A DNA stretch of 64,000 nt from Armatimonadota bacterium. GTDB taxonomy: Bacteria > Armatimonadota > Fimbriimonadia > Fimbriimonadales > GBS-DC. The position numbers and the translations under genes were made by a program. Of the stretch, positions 59,544 to 64,000 are shown piece after piece (positions within the stretch are counted from its first letter, which is position 1; each line of letters opens with the position of its first letter). The notes under the pieces are model-generated. The model searched no databases. It was not told where the DNA came from and saw only the letters and a list, made by a program, of their open reading frames with translations. The stretch is from positions 4,643 through 68,642 of the forward strand of contig JBBIML010000011.1 of the NCBI GenBank assembly GCA_037444405.1. The letters run 5' to 3'.

Positions 59544-60515
59544 TCACTCGCTTTGAGGCGGTTCGGGCGCGCGCTCGCGGCTGGGTTCGGGTGCCAGGCG
59601 CTCGATGCGTACCTGCACCTGCACCTCGCGCGCGCCAATAATCTCGACCCCGCGCGGCACCTGCAGCGGCACTTTGAGCGTGGCGTCCTGCGTCAGGTTG
59701 CGAAGCGAGATGGGCGCGGTCTCGATCACATTAATCTCCTTCAGGCGACCGGGGCTGCCCCGCACCTGCACCGCGACTGGCTCCACCGCGAACCATGCCA
59801 CCCGATAGGGGAACTGGGGCAGCTCGCCCAGTCGCGGGCTGACCGGCACCGTCTTGACCGTCGGCTGCGGGATCAAGCGTAGTTTAAGGCGCACGCTCGC
59901 CGGGTTCAACTGCACGCTCAACACGGGGTTGCCCGCGCTATCTAATGCCATCGGGGTGATGTCCACTTCGATATCACCCTGCAAGCCTGTCAGGTCAAAG
60001 GGCACCAGCACCTGCTGGATGCGGCGCACTTCGCTCACCGTGCCGCTCACCCGAATGCTGCCAGGCTCCGTAAAAGCCTCTGCCAGCACCTCGCGCACTT
60101 CGGGCGTGCCCGTGAGGCGCACGCGCACAGGCAGCTGGCGCGTCAGGCGCGGCTCGATCATCACCCGCACGCGCTGTCGCTCCGCCTGCAAGCTCAACTC
60201 ACCGTTCCAGCCCGGCGGGTACTGCAGGGTGATGGGCAGCCAGTTCTCGCCCGGCTTCGCCATGCGCAGATCGACGGCGGCGCGAATGCGATCCGCGCTG
60301 GTTGCCTCCACCACCTCCTTGACCCCACGCAGCGTGACGCGCACGCGCGGGCTACCCTCCAGCCGCACCTCGTATCCAGCGGGCGCGTTCAGCAACTCAA
60401 TCGGCACTTCGTAGGCGCGCTCCACCATCGGGTGCAGCTGCGACTGCACATACAGCACCAGCACGATCGCGATAATCAGCGAGCCAATCTTCTCGATAAG
60501 GTTCTGTCGTAGCAT
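59544..60515 (-). CDS. cdaR: YbbR-domain protein (CdaR, diadenylate cyclase regulator)
   Basis: An N-terminal TM segment followed by repeated YbbR-like beta modules, immediately downstream of cdaA. Confidence 0.85.
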   Translation of the reverse strand: MLRQNLIEKIGSLIIAIVLVLYVQSQLHPMVERAYEVPIELLNAPAGYEVRLEGSPRVRVTLRGVKEVVEATSADRIRAAVDLRMAKPGENWLPITLQYPPGWNGELSLQAERQRVRVMIEPRLTRQLPVRVRLTGTPEVREVLAEAFTEPGSIRVSGTVSEVRRIQQVLVPFDLTGLQGDIEVDITPMALDSAGNPVLSVQLNPASVRLKLRLIPQPTVKTVPVSPRLGELPQFPYRVAWFAVEPVAVQVRGSPGRLKEINVIETAPISLRNLTQDATLKVPLQVPRGVEIIGAREVQVQVRIERLAPEPSRERAPEPPQSE

Positions 60516-60527
60516 CGCGGTTCTCCG

Positions 60528-61481
60528 TCAGCCTTTTCTGACCTGCTGTCCACTTCCCTCACTTGCCGCGTGGGAGAGGGGCTGGGGGTGAGGGTTATCC
60601 TTCTCGCCCGCAGGCTCGGATGAGGAGTTCACCGTGCGCTGTGGCGCGCGCATGCGGGTGGAGAAGGCGTGCCCCACGCGCCGCAACAGGCGCGGGCGCG
60701 TCTCACCAATCAACAGATCGATCAGCAGGCGGCGCAGATGCTCACCGTCCACATTCTGCGTCCACGCGCCGTCCACCGCCACCGTGATCTGACCCGTCTC
60801 CTCCGATACGATAATCGCGATGCAGTCGGCGTTCTCGGTCGCGCCGATGCCCGCGCGATGGCGCGTGTGCAGCGTGTCGGGGATAGCAGGGTTCTCACTG
60901 ATCTCGCTGAAGTAGACGGCAGCCTCCACAATCTGGTTGCCTCGCAAAATCACGGCGCCATCGTGCAGGGGCGAACCCGGATAGAAAATCGTGCGCAACA
61001 GCGGCGCGCTCACCTCCGCCTGAACCTCGATGCCGCGCCCCTCCGCCACCGTGTCCTGACGCTCCCAGACAATCAACGCGCCGATGCGGTCACGCGCCAT
61101 CTGTTGCACGGCGGTGACCACCTGATCGATGGCGCGGCGCAGCGGCTCCCCTTCACTGCCGCCAAAGCTGGCACGCCAGAACTCCACGCGCCCAATCGTC
61201 TCCAGCCCCCGCCGCAACTCCGGGAAAAACAGGATGACCAGCGCCACTGGCCCCAGTGTGGTGGCGCGATCGAGCAACCAGTGAATCGTCTCCAGGCGCA
61301 TCAGGTCGCTCAAGTAGAGCGCCAGCGAGAAGATGAGCAGCCCGATCAGCACCTGGTAGGCGCGCGTGCCTTTCGCCAGCAACAGCAGCCGATAAATCAA
61401 ATATGCCACCAGCAGCGTGTCGAGAGCCAGCAGCAGCCAGCGTGAAGAGAGATGCTCGATAAACCTCAGCCAGTCGCTCAA
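60528..61481 (-). CDS. cdaA: Diadenylate cyclase CdaA (DisA_N domain) with a repeat-derived C-terminal tail
   Basis: 3 TM segments, then GALIVWER...PLHDGAVIL...TRHRAGIGATE...IIVSEETG. TTG start with GAGGTG upstream. The tail ...DNPHPQPLSHAASEG is encoded by the 60568-60594 repeat copy. Confidence 0.9.
   Translation of the reverse strand: MSDWLRFIEHLSSRWLLLALDTLLVAYLIYRLLLLAKGTRAYQVLIGLLIFSLALYLSDLMRLETIHWLLDRATTLGPVALVILFFPELRRGLETIGRVEFWRASFGGSEGEPLRRAIDQVVTAVQQMARDRIGALIVWERQDTVAEGRGIEVQAEVSAPLLRTIFYPGSPLHDGAVILRGNQIVEAAVYFSEISENPAIPDTLHTRHRAGIGATENADCIAIIVSEETGQITVAVDGAWTQNVDGEHLRRLLIDLLIGETRPRLLRRVGHAFSTRMRAPQRTVNSSSEPAGEKDNPHPQPLSHAASEGSGQQVRKG
60568..60594. repeat. Copy of the GGGAGAGGGGCTGGGGGTGAGGG element inside the cdaA 3' end
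   Basis: 27 nt identical to 31364-31390. Confidence 0.8.
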
Positions 61482-61532
61482 TCCACCACCTCACCCTATA
61501 TTATAACCGACGGCGAAGCGGTATAATAAGAG

Positions 61533-61878
<346 letters not shown>

Positions 61879-61879
<1 letters not shown>

Positions 61880-61910
61880 TGACTCGACACTCGACTGCAG
61901 AGTGTATCCT
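61879..61910 (+). promoter_or_regulatory. MerR-type promoter/operator: TTGACT, 20 nt spacer, TATCCT, with the dyad ACACTC-N7-GAGTGT in the spacer
   Basis: TTGACTcgACACTCgactgcaGAGTGTATCCT lies 10 nt upstream of the MerR-family ATG. The long spacer with a dyad is the classic MerR architecture. Confidence 0.55.
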
Positions 61911-61920
61911 GAATCGCACG

Positions 61921-62574
61921 ATGGCACGGCTCTGGCAGATTGGGGAGATGGCGAAACGGGCGGGTGTGAAGGTCTCCACCCTGCGCTATTATGACGCCTG
62001 TGGACTGCTTCCGCCCGCTTATCGCGCCGAATCGGGCTACCGCCTCTACGCCCCACAGCAGCTGGAGCGGCTCCAGTTCATTCTGGAGGCGAAACGGCTG
62101 GGGCTGAACCTGCGCCAGATTCGGCAGATTCTGACACTCAGCGACGCGGGCGAGCAACCGTGCGAGCGAGTTGCGCTCCTGCTCCAGCGCATGGTGGCGC
62201 GACTCGACGAGCGGATCGCCCAGCTACGGGCGCGGCGCGACGCCCTGCTGTACGCCCTGTCGCACGCCCAGCGCACTGGTTCGCCATTCCCCTGCGCGTT
62301 GCTGACCACTGCCATCGACTATCAACGGAGGTGTTCCGAAATGGCGCGTACCATCGAAGTGTTCACAGCGGGCTGCCCCCTGTGTGATGAGGCGGTGCAG
62401 CGGGTGCGGAACGCGGTCGCTCACTGCGGCTGCACGGTCATCACCCGCGCGCCCGACAGCCCCGAAGCACAACAGTATGGCATTCGGGCAGTGCCCGCGA
62501 TTGTTGTAGACGGGCAACTGGTCTTCACAGGGCTGCCCACGCAGGAGCAGGCGAACGCCTTGCTCAGTCGCTAA
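61921..62574 (+). CDS. MerR-family HTH regulator fused to a thioredoxin-fold (CPLC) domain
   Basis: MARLWQIGEMAKRAGVKVSTLRYYDACGLLPP (MerR HTH) is followed by a coiled coil. The C-terminal 80 aa read RTIEVFTAGCPLCDEA...GIRAVPAIVVDGQLVF, a small thioredoxin/glutaredoxin-like pattern. Confidence 0.8.
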   Translation: MARLWQIGEMAKRAGVKVSTLRYYDACGLLPPAYRAESGYRLYAPQQLERLQFILEAKRLGLNLRQIRQILTLSDAGEQPCERVALLLQRMVARLDERIAQLRARRDALLYALSHAQRTGSPFPCALLTTAIDYQRRCSEMARTIEVFTAGCPLCDEAVQRVRNAVAHCGCTVITRAPDSPEAQQYGIRAVPAIVVDGQLVFTGLPTQEQANALLSR

Positions 62575-62582
62575 CATGCTGG

Positions 62583-62608
62583 GGGCAGAGGGGAGATACC
62601 CTCTGCCC
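62583..62608 (+). terminator. Hairpin after the merR-like gene (no U-tract)
   Basis: Stem gggcagaggg/ccctctgccc with loop gagata. Confidence 0.4.
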
Positions 62609-62718
62609 ACTGCACAGGTAGGGAGATGCAACCGCCTATTAGGGGCGGGAATCCACACTGCGATGTGGTATAATGGAAATCGGGCGGCAAGCGTTGCCAG
62701 CCCCAGAAAAGGGGGTCG

Positions 62719-63606
62719 ATGACGATGATGAGACGAGCGCTTTTGCTGATTGGCGCGCTGCTTGCGGGCAGCGCAACGGCGCAGTGCCTGCTGACCGACT
62801 TCGAGGGCTACACGGTTGGCTCCAACGGCATCGTGATGTTTCGCCAGCCCAGCTTCTCCGGCTCCACGGCAGGTTTCCTTGCCTACACCGGTTCCTGCAG
62901 TCTCGGACCCAACTGCTCCATCATCTCCGACGAGCAGAACCATACGGCGAACGGTTCCCAGTCACTGAAGGTGGTGTGGCAGTTCACTGGGACGGCATCG
63001 AACGCCTGGCTGAGGCTGACCACCTTCAACACCTTGAACCTGCCCAACCCCACCATCGATTTCAGCCACAAGCTGGTGGTGTGGGTCTATGTGCCGAGTG
63101 GCACGCCCGACTTCTATCTGACGCTGGGCGTGCGCGAGACTGGCAGCACCGCTGGTTGTGGCGGGAACGGAGGTACCTCGGGCGGCATCGAATGGGTTGG
63201 CGCCACCTCCGGGTATCCACCCGTCGGCAAGCTGATCGACCAGAAAGACCAGTGGGTGCGGGTGGAGTTCGACATCCCGAATGAGCCGCTGGTCGCCTTC
63301 GCAGGGAGCACTGCCAACGGCATCCTGGACACCACAACAGGCACGCTGGAGCATCTGGCGTTCACACCTGTGGACCCGTTTCTAACCGACATCTACACGG
63401 TCTATCTGGACGACATCGAGACGATAGCGGCGGGTATTCCGGGTGATGTGAACGGCGACGGCTGCGTGGACGACGCGGACCTGCTGGCGGTGCTGTTCGC
63501 CTTCGGGCAGTCGGGCAGTGGCTTGCCTGAGGATGTGAACGGCGACGGCGTGGTGGACGACGCCGACCTGCTCACAGTGCTGTTCAACTTCGGGCAGGGC
63601 TGCTGA
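62719..63606 (+). CDS. Secreted protein: CBM-like beta-sandwich N-domain + two dockerin-type (EF-hand-like) repeats
   Basis: Signal peptide MTMMRRALLLIGALLAGSATAQ. C-terminal GDVNGDGCVDDADLLAVLFAFG and EDVNGDGVVDDADLLTVLFNFG. Extended -10 TGgTATAAT at 62666-62674. Confidence 0.75.
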   Translation: MTMMRRALLLIGALLAGSATAQCLLTDFEGYTVGSNGIVMFRQPSFSGSTAGFLAYTGSCSLGPNCSIISDEQNHTANGSQSLKVVWQFTGTASNAWLRLTTFNTLNLPNPTIDFSHKLVVWVYVPSGTPDFYLTLGVRETGSTAGCGGNGGTSGGIEWVGATSGYPPVGKLIDQKDQWVRVEFDIPNEPLVAFAGSTANGILDTTTGTLEHLAFTPVDPFLTDIYTVYLDDIETIAAGIPGDVNGDGCVDDADLLAVLFAFGQSGSGLPEDVNGDGVVDDADLLTVLFNFGQGC

Positions 63607-63609
63607 ATC

Positions 63610-64000
63610 TCAGGCGGCATGCTGTTGCTGGGCGGCGGCGGGCAGGCGCAGGATGAAGCAGGCGCCTGCTGGCGAATCACCTAACAGCAGTGTGCCACCA
63701 TGCTTTTGCGCAATCTCCAACGAGATCGACAGCCCCAGCCCCGTACCTTTGCCCGGCTCTTTGGTGGTGAAGAAGGGGTCAAAAATCTGCATACGCAGGT
63801 CGGGCGGCACGCCCGGACCGTTATCCTGCACGCAGAGTTCGACCCATTCGCGCCCGCTTTCCTGCACGCGGCGCGTGCGGATGACCACGCGCCCATCAGG
63901 CTGACCCTCCAGCGCGTCGCGCGCGTTGGTCAGTAAGTTAATCACCACCTGCTCCAGCGAGTTCGGCTCGCCCAGCACGGGCGGAAGGCTGGATTCGTAT
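63610..64000 (-). CDS. Histidine kinase, C-terminal HATPase_c part (5' end beyond the right edge)
   Basis: VVINLLTNARDA (N box), DNGPGV (G1), FDPFFTTK (F box), GTGLGLS (G2). Confidence 0.8.
   Translation of the reverse strand, partial: YESSLPPVLGEPNSLEQVVINLLTNARDALEGQPDGRVVIRTRRVQESGREWVELCVQDNGPGVPPDLRMQIFDPFFTTKEPGKGTGLGLSISLEIAQKHGGTLLLGDSPAGACFILRLPAAAQQQHAA

Overview
This is a 64-kb, high-GC, gene-dense bacterial chromosome segment. The taxon cannot be assigned from sequence alone. A secretin, a large putative beta-barrel protein and lipoboxes suggest a diderm. I can support about 58 protein-coding genes, one ncRNA (type-A RNase P RNA), and a set of hairpins, repeats and promoter-like sites. 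I saw no tRNA, rRNA, CRISPR array or transposase. Left to right, the content is: aldehyde dehydrogenase (partial); a VapBC-like toxin-antitoxin pair; ahcY; csaB; a low-GC type II restriction-modification cassette; ltaE; trmB; an HMA protein with histidine kinase and NarL-type regulator; nrnA; truB; apgM; exopolysaccharide genes including a 1174-aa GH18-like/NodB/GT2 fusion; glyS; an FMN hydroxy-acid oxidase; pilT; GH127; a type IV pilus cluster (exeA/mshM-like, HTH, pilMNO, pilP-like, pilQ, pilB, HDOD); a 937-aa putative outer-membrane protein; groES-groEL; a clade-II-type nos cluster; rdgB, arsC, SIS and acs; a four-gene ubiquitin-like conjugation operon; D-aminoacylase; cdaA-cdaR; rnpB; a MerR/thioredoxin-fold fusion; a dockerin protein; and a partial histidine kinase. 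The most interesting items are: (1) the operon at 55195-57779, which encodes a 66-aa protein ending in Gly, an E2/UBC-like protein, a JAB-E1 fusion and a tandem C2HC zinc-finger protein; (2) a single 1273-codon ORF that carries NosB-like, NosD, NosF and NosY modules with no stop codons between them; (3) an element bounded by 33-bp inverted repeats between groES and nosZ whose arms end in outward-facing TTGAC boxes; (4) a dispersed GGGAGAGGG/GGGGTGAGGG hairpin family, two copies of which lie inside the 3' ends of pilO and cdaA. All functional calls rest on motif and family recognition in the translated sequence, because no database search was possible. Start codons are approximate. Many long ORFs in the supplied track are antisense shadows of real genes in GC-rich DNA and were rejected.
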